61,632 nucleotides of DNA from a virus (lineage: Duplodnaviria; Caudoviricetes), in the IMG/VR virus record IMGVR_UViG_3300011116_000062, positions 1 through 61,632 of that record, one strand, 5' to 3'. This document shows, piece after piece, positions 1-8,277 of this stretch. The position numbers and the translations under genes are program-made. Position 1 is the stretch's first letter; every line of letters begins with the position of its first letter. Below the pieces are notes generated by a model. The model was not told the DNA's origin and made no database searches. It saw nothing but the letters and a program-made list of their open reading frames with translations.

Positions 1-18
1 GCCTCCCCCTTTTTTTGT

Positions 19-34
19 CCCCGCTTCGGCGGGG
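19..34. other. GC-rich hairpin CCCCGC-TTCG-GCGGGG
   Basis: Perfect 6-bp stem with a C(UUCG)G tetraloop on the + strand. Confidence 0.5.
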
Positions 35-104
35 CCTATACCAGTTCCATAGGTGTGTGCGCGCGTGCGCGTGGCTACATCGTTATAGTTTTGCTTAAAT
101 CATT

Positions 105-123
105 TTCTGGGATTTTCCCAGAA
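105..123. promoter_or_regulatory. 19-bp palindrome copy 1 (TTCTGGGA-TTT-TCCCAGAA)
   Basis: Perfect 8-bp inverted repeat; recurs at 753, 2818 and 61545. Confidence 0.75.
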
Positions 124-251
124 TCTCGCTGCAACCCTGCGTAGCAGGGTACACCAATTCGTTTTGGCCGTCAACTGCCTGCCCCTTGTTCCAACTTCGT
201 AGATTCTGTTCCAAGTCGTTCCAACCGATTGGAACAAGTTTTTGCCATGTA

Positions 252-264
252 TATCAAGCACTTA
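252..264 (+). promoter_or_regulatory. IHF consensus site
   Basis: TATCAAGCACTTA matches WATCAANNNNTTR. Confidence 0.6.
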
Positions 265-270
265 CGCGAC

Positions 271-420
271 TTGTTCCAATGTTCCAAGTTTTTTAGGGTA
301 TACCTACCCCCGCATGGTAAAAAACTCGATCGGATGAGAAGGCAGCGCGGTGCGTCAACCCAAAATAAAAAAGTCACGGAGAACCCGCTCTACCCTAAAA
401 AAGTTGGAACATTGGAACAA
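271..420. repeat. 30-bp inverted repeat (271-300 / 391-420, 1 mismatch, 90-bp spacer)
   Basis: TTGTTCCAATGTTCCAAGTTTTTTAGGGTA vs TACCCTAAAAAAGTTGGAACATTGGAACAA. Confidence 0.9.
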
Positions 421-496
421 CCTCATATTTTTTACTCTCTACTACTACTACTATATTATAAGTTCTTCTTCTTCTCTCTACTCTCTCACCTAGCAA

Positions 497-509
497 AATC
501 AAGCACTTA
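497..509 (+). promoter_or_regulatory. IHF consensus site
   Basis: AATCAAGCACTTA matches WATCAANNNNTTR. Confidence 0.6.
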
Positions 510-676
510 CTCAACCTACCCCGTCGCACCTTATACTATCAATGTGTCCACCTTCCCTATACTATCTGAGCCAGAGTACAACTTCGAAAACTGGAACATT
601 TGGAACAAATCCGCCCCGACTTGGAACAACCCCGAAACCGCTACACAAAAAGTGTACAATTATTTGTTCACAAGGT

Positions 677-705
677 TTGACATAGTACAAGAAACATGAG
701 ACAAT
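677..705 (+). promoter_or_regulatory. sigma70-type early promoter
   Basis: TTGACA-17 bp-GACAAT with extended -10 TG, upstream of the first gene. Confidence 0.7.
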
Positions 706-752
706 ATCAGAATGAAAAAGCGTCCTGATTTAGCCAAGTGAGTGCAGAGCGG

Positions 753-771
753 TTCTGGGATTTTCCCAGAA
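753..771. promoter_or_regulatory. 19-bp palindrome copy 2
   Basis: TTCTGGGATTTTCCCAGAA, flanked by AGTGCAGAG direct repeats. Confidence 0.75.
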
Positions 772-818
772 TCACAGAAAGTGCAGAGTCAGAAAGGTAA
801 CAACTGGAGGACATTGTT

Positions 819-1160
819 ATGAGCAAGAAGTGCAGCAACCGGGAAGCGCGAGGCCATGTTCAGAGCCGTACCCCGTTCACCGCGAACAACTTGTACGGAG
901 TGCGAGCAGGCACGAGCGAAGAACCCATGTACATTGTTTATTCCTACGGTGAGCATTGGCCGTTGTTCATCTACCACGAGCCGACAGACACATGGTTCGA
1001 AAACTCCGACAAGTACAGCGTGACCACGAGCAAGCACCGTTCGCAGTCGCACCCGCTGTGCGAGACCGTGAGCCGCCCGAAGCCGTTCATGCGTGACCTT
1101 GTGTATGTCGGTCTGGTCAAGGCGACATCGCTTGCGGGTAATGTGCGGGTGGCAGCATGA
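819..1160 (+). CDS. Hypothetical early protein
   Basis: 113 aa ORF with GGAGG RBS. Confidence 0.8.
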   Translation: MSKKCSNREARGHVQSRTPFTANNLYGVRAGTSEEPMYIVYSYGEHWPLFIYHEPTDTWFENSDKYSVTTSKHRSQSHPLCETVSRPKPFMRDLVYVGLVKATSLAGNVRVAA

Positions 1161-1366
1161 GCCGGGAGGACTATGGCTGCATCAAGTGCGGCAAGCCGGT
1201 GAATCCTGCGAGATGGGAACTTGGTTACAACATCTGCATGAGCAGCGCGTGTGCCAGACCCGCTCCGGTACGCACCATCGTGCCGATGCACAAGAGCAAC
1301 TACATGGTCATCACCGACAAGCGTGACCTGATGGGTATTAACAATAAAGGAGGGTTCTACCGATGA
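1157..1366 (+). CDS. Small zinc-finger protein
   Basis: CxxC...CxxxxC; ATGA overlap with the upstream gene. Confidence 0.7.
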   Translation: MSREDYGCIKCGKPVNPARWELGYNICMSSACARPAPVRTIVPMHKSNYMVITDKRDLMGINNKGGFYR

Positions 1367-1530
1367 GCCATTGGAGAGAGATACAACACATCCCAGACTT
1401 CAACGGCAAAACCGTTGCCAACATCGAGTTTGACGGATACGAGCATTTCATCATCAAGTTCACCGATGGCACGCGGCTGCACATCCGCGAAATGCAACAG
1501 GCTGGACAAATTACTTGGGAGGGTAAGTGA
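1363..1530 (+). CDS. Hypothetical protein (55 aa, MSHWREIQ...)
   Basis: Not in the ORF track; AGGAGG RBS, ATGA overlap, fills the gap between neighbours. Confidence 0.65.
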   Translation: MSHWREIQHIPDFNGKTVANIEFDGYEHFIIKFTDGTRLHIREMQQAGQITWEGK

Positions 1531-1531
1531 C

Positions 1532-1945
1532 ATGGCTAAGAAGAAGTACGCACGGAAGTGCAACGCTTGCGGCAAGGGCATGAACGAGGGGTACTGCGTC
1601 GAAAATGGTATGGAGTACTACTGTTCTGACGAGTGCCTCCACACGGAGATTACGCCCGAAGAGTGGCTTGAGTTGTACAACGATGGCGAGGGCGATTCGT
1701 ATTGGACTGACTGGAGCGAAGACCCCGACGAGTACCTTGATGATGAGGATGAGGATGAGGATGAGGATGAGGATAAGGGTAAGGATGAGGACGATTTGGT
1801 CGAAGCGTTGCAGGACACGGTAGCCAAGCAATCTCTGGTCATCAGAGATTTGATGGGCGAAGCAGACCGACTGCGTGAAGTAATAAACGCGCAGAACAAG
1901 GTCATTGAGACACTTACGCTGCTCAAGAAGCAGCAGGAGGTGTGA
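1532..1945 (+). CDS. Acidic protein with Cys-rich N-domain and coiled-coil tail
   Basis: MAKKKYARKCNACG...YCSDECLH; poly-DE tract; GGAGG RBS. Confidence 0.75.
   Translation: MAKKKYARKCNACGKGMNEGYCVENGMEYYCSDECLHTEITPEEWLELYNDGEGDSYWTDWSEDPDEYLDDEDEDEDEDEDKGKDEDDLVEALQDTVAKQSLVIRDLMGEADRLREVINAQNKVIETLTLLKKQQEV
1739..1774 (+). repeat. (GATGAG)n tandem repeat encoding poly-DE
   Basis: About 5 hexamer copies in frame. Confidence 0.85.
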
Positions 1946-1946
1946 G

Positions 1947-2102
1947 ATGAAGATTCAATTGGACATCGAGGACATCGACGACCCGCTCTACGACGCTCTA
2001 CTAGAAACATTTCGCTACAAAGCGAAGATGATGGGACTTGATCCCGATGCGTACAGATACGGCGAGTGGGTTGTGTCGTGCAAAGCGGAGGACAAGGTAT
2101 GA
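1947..2102 (+). CDS. Hypothetical protein
   Basis: MKIQLDIED...; AGGAGG RBS. Confidence 0.65.
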   Translation: MKIQLDIEDIDDPLYDALLETFRYKAKMMGLDPDAYRYGEWVVSCKAEDKV

Positions 2103-2245
2103 ACGATGCAGACCTGCGGATACTGGAGATGTACTACCAAGACGGCATGAAAGAGACGGAGATTGCAGAGTCTCTTGGGCTGTCGCTGCTCACCATCCAT
2201 GAGGTGTTGGCAGCGTGGGAAAACGGCGAGTACAAAACACGATAG
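2099..2245 (+). CDS. Small HTH protein (sigma70 region-4-like, 48 aa)
   Basis: Not in the ORF track; ILEMYYQDGMKETEIAESLGLSLLTIHEVL pattern; ATGA overlap. Confidence 0.65.
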   Translation: MNDADLRILEMYYQDGMKETEIAESLGLSLLTIHEVLAAWENGEYKTR

Positions 2246-2255
2246 GAGGAGTGAG

Positions 2256-2420
2256 ATGGACAAGAAAGTAATCATCGAAGTCCGGGGTGGCATTCCCGAA
2301 ATCATCGAAGCACCGGACGGCGTGGATGTGGAGATACGGGACTACGACACCGAGTTCTACGAGGACGAGGACTTGCATGAGGACGACGAAGGCGAGAAGT
2401 ATTTCTTGAGGGAGGGTTGA
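2256..2420 (+). CDS. Small very acidic protein
   Basis: 54 aa with 20 D/E; AGGAGG RBS. Confidence 0.7.
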   Translation: MDKKVIIEVRGGIPEIIEAPDGVDVEIRDYDTEFYEDEDLHEDDEGEKYFLREG

Positions 2421-2422
2421 AC

Positions 2423-2611
2423 ATGGACTATTTATTTTCAATCGGTGACCGGGTGATGTGGAGCGGAGCATGGGGGACGAAAGCACCCCGTCCTGCACGG
2501 ATTGTCGGGCGTGGCGCGAAGAACAACGAGCCAGTCTACGACTTGGATAACGGCCATTGGGCATACGAGTACCAACTAGAAGCGACGGCTGATGCTGTCG
2601 AGGAGGAGTGA
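2423..2611 (+). CDS. Hypothetical SH3/Tudor-like small protein
   Basis: FSIGDRVMW motif; GGAGG RBS. Confidence 0.6.
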   Translation: MDYLFSIGDRVMWSGAWGTKAPRPARIVGRGAKNNEPVYDLDNGHWAYEYQLEATADAVEEE

Positions 2612-2612
2612 C

Positions 2613-2807
2613 ATGGAAGACGATATCGAGTGGTGGCGTAGTGAGGACAGCGACGACCGATGGATTGCTGAGCAAGTCCGTCAGTACGAACAACAGGCAT
2701 GGGAGGAAGAGCAAGCCGCCCGTGAGTTGGTAAAAAGTATTGACTCTGATGTCAAGATATCTTATACTATTCCTAAATGGGCGATCAGCCCGAGAGTTGA
2801 TGAGTAG
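2613..2807 (+). CDS. Hypothetical acidic protein
   Basis: MEDDIEWW...; GAGGAG RBS; 3' part overlaps the next promoter. Confidence 0.55.
   Translation: MEDDIEWWRSEDSDDRWIAEQVRQYEQQAWEEEQAARELVKSIDSDVKISYTIPKWAISPRVDE
2740..2768 (+). promoter_or_regulatory. sigma70-type promoter
   Basis: TTGACT-17 bp-TATACT with A-rich upstream sequence. Confidence 0.75.
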
Positions 2808-2817
2808 TGCAAACACA

Positions 2818-2836
2818 TTCTGGGAATTTCCCAGAA
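2818..2836. promoter_or_regulatory. 19-bp palindrome copy 3
   Basis: TTCTGGGA-ATT-TCCCAGAA. Confidence 0.75.
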
Positions 2837-2858
2837 TCAACCTGAGAGGTACAGAGTT

Positions 2859-3770
2859 ATGAGCGTTGAGACTGACAAGTTGTTGAAGAAGCCGAACCAT
2901 GTCATCTCCCTCGCTACGTCTGCCATGTTGGTCGATGCGCGGGTGACGGTGTGGACTGGCACGAAGCAGGACAGCGAGATAAGCGAGGAGGTCACGACTG
3001 CCAAGAAAGCAGAGCGTGACTCGGGCAAGTTCGTGAAGCACTTGCTTGCGAATTGTCCAGAGCATAAGCGTTGCATGAACTACCGCCAGATTGTCTACAA
3101 CTGGATGCAGCGGCGTTCGTATGACTGGGCGGGATCGCTACGCTTGCTACCTGTCGTGGACTACCCGAAGTTCATGGCTGAGTACACGCAACATGAGAAG
3201 ACGTTCTACGAGTTGGTGGACACGTTCATCCAAGCGTACCCGACCATCGTGAGTAACCGTGCGTTCGCCTTGGGTGACATGTTCGACAGGAACGACTACC
3301 CCGACCCAGCGGAAGTGCGTAGCAAGTTCACGATTAACTTGTACCGCTCAGAAGTGCCGACCGGGGATTACCGGGTGGCTATCGCGCAGGATGCCGTCGA
3401 TGACTTGGCGGTGACCTACGAGCGACAGGCACGGAGTCTGGTCGAGACGGTGCTGACTCAGCAGAAGGATCAGTTGGTGGACATCATGAAGACACTTGCT
3501 GAGAACTGTGCTGTGGAGACTATCAGCGAGAACGGTGAGTTGAAGGTCAAGCGGAAGAAACTGTACGAGTCTACGCTCACACGAGCGCAGGAACTATGCG
3601 AGACCTTCCGTGACTTCAACATCACACGAGATAACGAGTTGGAGACTGTGCGTACAGAGTTGGCACGAGTTGTGGGTGGGCTGACCATCGACAAGTTGCG
3701 CGACAGCGATACCACACGCACCGTCGTGCATGAGGAGTTGACCGACATCCTGAAGAAGTTCGGTCTGTAA
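2859..3770 (+). CDS. DUF3150-like helical protein
   Basis: 303 aa; LGDMFDRNDYP motif; sits directly before the AAA/vWA pair. Confidence 0.6.
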   Translation: MSVETDKLLKKPNHVISLATSAMLVDARVTVWTGTKQDSEISEEVTTAKKAERDSGKFVKHLLANCPEHKRCMNYRQIVYNWMQRRSYDWAGSLRLLPVVDYPKFMAEYTQHEKTFYELVDTFIQAYPTIVSNRAFALGDMFDRNDYPDPAEVRSKFTINLYRSEVPTGDYRVAIAQDAVDDLAVTYERQARSLVETVLTQQKDQLVDIMKTLAENCAVETISENGELKVKRKKLYESTLTRAQELCETFRDFNITRDNELETVRTELARVVGGLTIDKLRDSDTTRTVVHEELTDILKKFGL

Positions 3771-3819
3771 GGTAAGTGTGTTTCCGTACATAGAGTAACT
3801 ACATCTGGAGGATATTGTT

Positions 3820-4929
3820 ATGGCTATTCAGTTCATCGAGCCGTGGAGCATCAACGACCTGCGTAAGTCTGTGCCGTTGTATGCGGAGGAGTTGACCATC
3901 ATCGCCATGGGTGAGCCGGGTGTCGGCAAGTCGAGCGTGTTGAGCGGCATCGCTGAGGACATGGGTGACAAGTGGCGCAAGGTTGGCGATGGCTATCCTG
4001 ATGACAAGTACGACTACATCTATGTTGACTGCGCGGTGCGTGACCTTGGCGATACCGTGATGAGCGTACCGGACAACGAGCGCACCCGACTCATGCAGTT
4101 GGTGTCTGACTTGTTCAGGTTGGACAGTCCGAAGCCGAAGGTCATCATGCTTGACGAGTTCATGAAGACTCCGAAGTTGCTGCAAGCAATGTGGACACGG
4201 CTCATGCTTGAGCGTTGCGTAGGTGATACTCCGCTGCCCGAAGGTAGCATGGTGTTTGCTACGAGTAACAACGAGAGCGACGGAGTAGGCGATACTCAGT
4301 TGGCACACTCTGGCAATCGCACGATGCGTGTCCGTATCCGCAAGCCGAACGCTAACGAGTGGCTGACATGGGCGGGTAATAACAACATACCTACCGTGAT
4401 CCGTGCATGGGTTGCTATGAACCCGTCTGCACTCGCGTCTTACCTTGATGGTGGACAGGACGATAATCCGTACATCTTCAATCCCAGTAAGCGTGAGTTG
4501 TCGTTCGTATCTCCTCGCAGTCTCGCCAAGTCTAGCGTGGTGGTGCGTAACCGTGAGAAGGCAGGTGACCGGGTGACGGAGACGGCACTCGCAGGTGTCA
4601 TCGGTGCAGCAGCAGCCAAGGACATGACTGTCTTCATGAAGTTGGAGCGCGACTTGATTCCGGTGAGCAAGGTCATCGCAGACCCGACAGGTGTCCCGCT
4701 TCCTGATAACAAGTCTGCCGTGTTCCTCATGACATTCAACGCCATCGACACCATCGAGACGCAGGATGACCTGAGCAGTTTCATGCAGTTCATCGAGCGC
4801 GTGAAGTCCGTCGAGATTGAGTCGCTGTTCTTCACCATGTGTATGCAGAGTAAGCGTGTGGTGCGACTTGCCAAGAACAACAAGCGCATCATGGAGTGGG
4901 CCAAGGACAACTACGAGTTGCTTGTTTAA
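3820..4929 (+). CDS. MoxR-like AAA+ ATPase
   Basis: Walker A GEPGVGKS, Walker B IMLDE, ATSN sensor, SPRS motif. Confidence 0.85.
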   Translation: MAIQFIEPWSINDLRKSVPLYAEELTIIAMGEPGVGKSSVLSGIAEDMGDKWRKVGDGYPDDKYDYIYVDCAVRDLGDTVMSVPDNERTRLMQLVSDLFRLDSPKPKVIMLDEFMKTPKLLQAMWTRLMLERCVGDTPLPEGSMVFATSNNESDGVGDTQLAHSGNRTMRVRIRKPNANEWLTWAGNNNIPTVIRAWVAMNPSALASYLDGGQDDNPYIFNPSKRELSFVSPRSLAKSSVVVRNREKAGDRVTETALAGVIGAAAAKDMTVFMKLERDLIPVSKVIADPTGVPLPDNKSAVFLMTFNAIDTIETQDDLSSFMQFIERVKSVEIESLFFTMCMQSKRVVRLAKNNKRIMEWAKDNYELLV

Positions 4930-4940
4930 TCGGAGGAGTT

Positions 4941-6137
4941 ATGAGCGCAGTAAGAAAGTATGACGCAGAGTTCGAACTCAAGAGAGCGCACGTTGATTTG
5001 CTCAAGCATCGTGAGACCTGCCAGTACGCGGGAATCATCATGATGGGCGAGAGCAGCGTGGTGCATGATGCCAAGGCATGTAGGACTGCCTACACAGATG
5101 GTATCAACAAGCGTTATGGGGCGGCTTTCATGGAGACGCTGACTCGACCGCAGGTCGCAGGACTTGTGCTGCACGAGAACTTCCATGTGTTGCTCAAGCA
5201 CCTGCCACGCCATCGTGACCTGATGAAGAAGAACGCGAGACTTGCCAACGTGGCGATGGACTACGTTGTGAATGACATGATCCATGAGATTAAAGACAAG
5301 TCCGTCGTGCAGTTGCCGCCCGGTGCGCTGTATCACCCGATGTTTGCCGGGTGGTCTGTGCGTCAGGTGTACGACTACCTTGAGAAGGACATGGAGAAGA
5401 ACGGTGGCGGTGGCATGGGTGAGGGTGAGCCGCTAGATGAGCATGACTTCGATGCCGTCGAGGAGATGACACCGGAGGAGTTGAAGGAACACGATGAAAA
5501 AGTACAAGAGGCCATCCATCAAGGCGGGATGTTGGCGGGCAAGTTCGGTAACAAATTGCCACGACAAATTACTGACCTGATGAAGCCGGAGATTGACTGG
5601 GCTGAAGTCCTGCGCGACTTCTGGACTAGTGCGATGCGAGGCTATGACGAGTACACCTACGCACGCATGAACCGTCGTAGGTTGGCAGATGATTTGTACC
5701 TACCAACGATGTATTCCGAAAGGATCGGGCGCGTCGTGTTGGCTATCGACACATCCGGCAGTATCGGACAGGAGCAGTTGAATCTTGTGGCATCCCAAAT
5801 CATCCAGTTGTGCGACACCATGCCGCCCGATGAGATTGTGGTGCTGTGGTGGGATACCGAGGTACGTGGTAAGCAAGTCTTTACCGATAGCAACTACGCT
5901 AGTCTCGCTACGCTTCTCAAACCTGCCGGAGGCGGTGGTACGAGGGCATCGTGTGTCAGCCAATACATGAACAAGCACAGCATGACCGCTGATTGCGTGA
6001 TCGTGTTCACCGATGGACACATCGAGTGTGACGTTGATTGGAAGGTGACATCACCTACGCTGTGGCTCATTGACAGGCATGGTCACAGTAACTTCAAGCC
6101 GCCTGTGGGTACTCAGAAAGTCAAGGTCAACAAGTAA
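4941..6137 (+). CDS. Zincin metallopeptidase + vWA domain protein (DUF2201-like)
   Basis: HENFH (HExxH); MIDAS DTSGS, GGGT and VFTDG. Confidence 0.85.
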   Translation: MSAVRKYDAEFELKRAHVDLLKHRETCQYAGIIMMGESSVVHDAKACRTAYTDGINKRYGAAFMETLTRPQVAGLVLHENFHVLLKHLPRHRDLMKKNARLANVAMDYVVNDMIHEIKDKSVVQLPPGALYHPMFAGWSVRQVYDYLEKDMEKNGGGGMGEGEPLDEHDFDAVEEMTPEELKEHDEKVQEAIHQGGMLAGKFGNKLPRQITDLMKPEIDWAEVLRDFWTSAMRGYDEYTYARMNRRRLADDLYLPTMYSERIGRVVLAIDTSGSIGQEQLNLVASQIIQLCDTMPPDEIVVLWWDTEVRGKQVFTDSNYASLATLLKPAGGGGTRASCVSQYMNKHSMTADCVIVFTDGHIECDVDWKVTSPTLWLIDRHGHSNFKPPVGTQKVKVNK

Positions 6138-6148
6138 GGAGATATGTT

Positions 6149-7198
6149 ATGAATATCAATGCACAGTCCGCTCCCCCATTTTTCTTGACCGATGTATATG
6201 ACGATGTTACCAAGAAAGATGTGATGTCTAGCCGGTTCTGGCCGATTATCGTGGCATCAATCAACCACATCAAAGACTCGACAGATTCATTGGTGGTCGG
6301 TGGGATTGAGCGGTTCCCGGACAGCAGTGTAATCAAATCGGTAACGCTGACTAACCGTGCCGGATTGAATGTTGTAAGCATGTACGCAGACTCGACTGAC
6401 CCCAAATCCACTATCCACTTTGGTGGGGTGTACGAGGCTACCCGTCAAAACGGGCACAACAACATTCATGTCTCAGTCAAGAGCAACAACGTCAAATACA
6501 TCATCCGCAAGATTAAAGACCCGCAGGGAGATCCGATCAACACGCTGAATAACAGATGGGCTGAGGCTAAAAATTACTTCGCAGAGCAGGTGTCTGCCTT
6601 AATCAGTCGTGGGCTTCGTAACGGCGGTGCGTTGGGTTCCGAGATACGAATCACGCTCAATCAAGATGCGGTCACGGCTCTGGCAAAAGTTCACATGGGC
6701 AGCATGAACAAGATAGACATGCCAGATTTTGTTCTAGCGCACATCGAATCACAGTATCGGATGTACCTTGATAAGCAGAAGAAGGCGTTGACCTGCGCCG
6801 AGGATATCAAGCAGATGTTCGGTAACGATAAGTGGGTGCTGCTCAGCGATATGAGTAGCGGTGCTGTCGTTGTGGGAGCCATAAGCAGGCAACCGTTGAT
6901 GGATGCCGTGGACATCTTCATCAAGACCGGCGAGTTGCTTAGCACACACAAGTTCAAATACATCAATGCTGTCGTTCCGATTAAGCGATACAAGTCGTTC
7001 AACGATGTCGATGAAGATATCCGGCGGGACATCGAGATGCAGTTGACCATGTTGAAGTTACATACCAAGTCAGATGGGCCGCTTTTACCGACCTCCGACA
7101 GTATGGAGCGTGGTGAGCATGTCTACACAGACTTGGGCGCGATGACCTCCGGTTCGTACATGACCTCGCCCTTTATTATCGTGGACAAAACCATATGA
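6149..7198 (+). CDS. Hypothetical protein
   Basis: 349 aa ORF with AAGGAG RBS. Confidence 0.8.
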   Translation: MNINAQSAPPFFLTDVYDDVTKKDVMSSRFWPIIVASINHIKDSTDSLVVGGIERFPDSSVIKSVTLTNRAGLNVVSMYADSTDPKSTIHFGGVYEATRQNGHNNIHVSVKSNNVKYIIRKIKDPQGDPINTLNNRWAEAKNYFAEQVSALISRGLRNGGALGSEIRITLNQDAVTALAKVHMGSMNKIDMPDFVLAHIESQYRMYLDKQKKALTCAEDIKQMFGNDKWVLLSDMSSGAVVVGAISRQPLMDAVDIFIKTGELLSTHKFKYINAVVPIKRYKSFNDVDEDIRRDIEMQLTMLKLHTKSDGPLLPTSDSMERGEHVYTDLGAMTSGSYMTSPFIIVDKTI

Positions 7199-7587
7199 GT
7201 AAATTGGAGTTACATGTTCCGGTGGATGGCGCGAGATATTACTTACCGGTGCGCTTGGGCAGCAAGACCGTAACTGTGTGGGTAGCAGAAAACTATTGTA
7301 GGTATTTCGCACGTAGCGAGTTACCGGACTGGCTCAGACAACGCTTAACCATGATCATGGCATGTGATAACAAGCATCTATCCACGAGGGACAAGATGGA
7401 CTACGCCGTCGCGCCGAACGGGATAGTGCTGCGCTCCGTGTACGAGTCGAGCAAGCGTGAATGTCCTGAAGGGTTCGAAGACATAGGGTGGCGTGTGAAT
7501 GACAAATACTTTTACGTGGTGACAGATAGTACCTATGTAGATGAGTTGAAGGTTGGTGCTGAACGTGTAACGGAGAAACTGCGATGA
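7195..7587 (+). CDS. Hypothetical protein
   Basis: 130 aa; ATGA overlaps at both ends. Confidence 0.75.
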   Translation: MSKLELHVPVDGARYYLPVRLGSKTVTVWVAENYCRYFARSELPDWLRQRLTMIMACDNKHLSTRDKMDYAVAPNGIVLRSVYESSKRECPEGFEDIGWRVNDKYFYVVTDSTYVDELKVGAERVTEKLR

Positions 7588-7871
7588 CTCCAGAGGGCAA
7601 AGTCAAAGCGAAGGTCAAGAAAGTTCTTGCGGAGGTAGGCGCGTACTACGCCATGCCGATGGGAACTGGTATGGGTTCTTCTGGCGTCCCAGATTTTTTA
7701 GTTTGTAAAGGAGGGTTGTTCTATGGTATAGAGTGTAAGGCAAATGGCAATAAACCAACTGCGCTTCAAGAAGCGAACCTGAAACGCATACGCGAAGCCG
7801 GTGGGATTGCGCTAGTGATTGATGAAACCAATGTTGATAATTTGAAACAGGAGATGTGTTGTGAAAGATAA
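7584..7871 (+). CDS. VRR-NUC family nuclease
   Basis: TPEGKVK...GVPD...GIECK...PTALQ motifs. Confidence 0.85.
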   Translation: MTPEGKVKAKVKKVLAEVGAYYAMPMGTGMGSSGVPDFLVCKGGLFYGIECKANGNKPTALQEANLKRIREAGGIALVIDETNVDNLKQEMCCER

Positions 7872-8277
7872 GACTACGAAAGCCGCTAAGATTCTTGCTC
7901 TTACTGAGAAGGGTGGGTCAGTCAAAGATATCGCCAAGGCTGTGAAGTGCGATGATGCCTACGTGTACTACGTGCGTTGGATGAATAAGAACAAGAAGAA
8001 AAAGCCGTCGAAGATTATTACGGCGGTGAAACAGATGAAACAAGCGTTGGATTCTATCGAGAAGAAGCCCGACCTCGTGAATCACCCGCCGCACTACACA
8101 GACGGCGGCGTTGATACGTTGACCTACATCGAAGCCAAGGACTTGAACTATCGACTCGGCAACGTGGTGAAGTACGTCAGCCGTTGCGGTAAGAAGTTGA
8201 ATTCAGATCCGTTGCAGGACTTGATGAAGGCTCGCTTCTATCTTCAGCGTGAGATTGACATTCGGAGAGAAGCGTAA
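7861..8277 (+). CDS. HTH-like N-domain fused to DUF3310 (SaV-like) domain
   Basis: VNHPPHYT...GNVVKYVSR...DLMKARFYL. Confidence 0.75.
   Translation: MKDKTTKAAKILALTEKGGSVKDIAKAVKCDDAYVYYVRWMNKNKKKKPSKIITAVKQMKQALDSIEKKPDLVNHPPHYTDGGVDTLTYIEAKDLNYRLGNVVKYVSRCGKKLNSDPLQDLMKARFYLQREIDIRREA

Larger units (their letters stand above)
188..627. repeat. Heptamer iteron cluster (GTTCCAA/TTGGAAC x10), putative replication origin
   Basis: Copies at 188, 208, 218, 273, 281 (forward) and 229, 404, 412, 600, 621 (reverse); non-coding and AT-rich; includes (CTA)n and (TTC)n tracts. Confidence 0.6.

Noticed and set aside
19-34. UUCG hairpin as an intrinsic terminator
   Set aside because: The T-tract is 5' of the hairpin on + and an A-tract follows it on -, which is the wrong polarity
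188-627. Possible CRISPR-like array
   Set aside because: Repeats are only 7 bp, in both orientations and irregularly spaced; no cas operon
229-699. 156-aa + strand ORF
   Set aside because: Runs through iterons, inverted repeat and microsatellites (poly-L/F translation); no RBS; lies upstream of the first promoter
2190-3065. 291-aa - strand ORF
   Set aside because: Antisense to well-supported + strand genes and a promoter; no recognisable motifs
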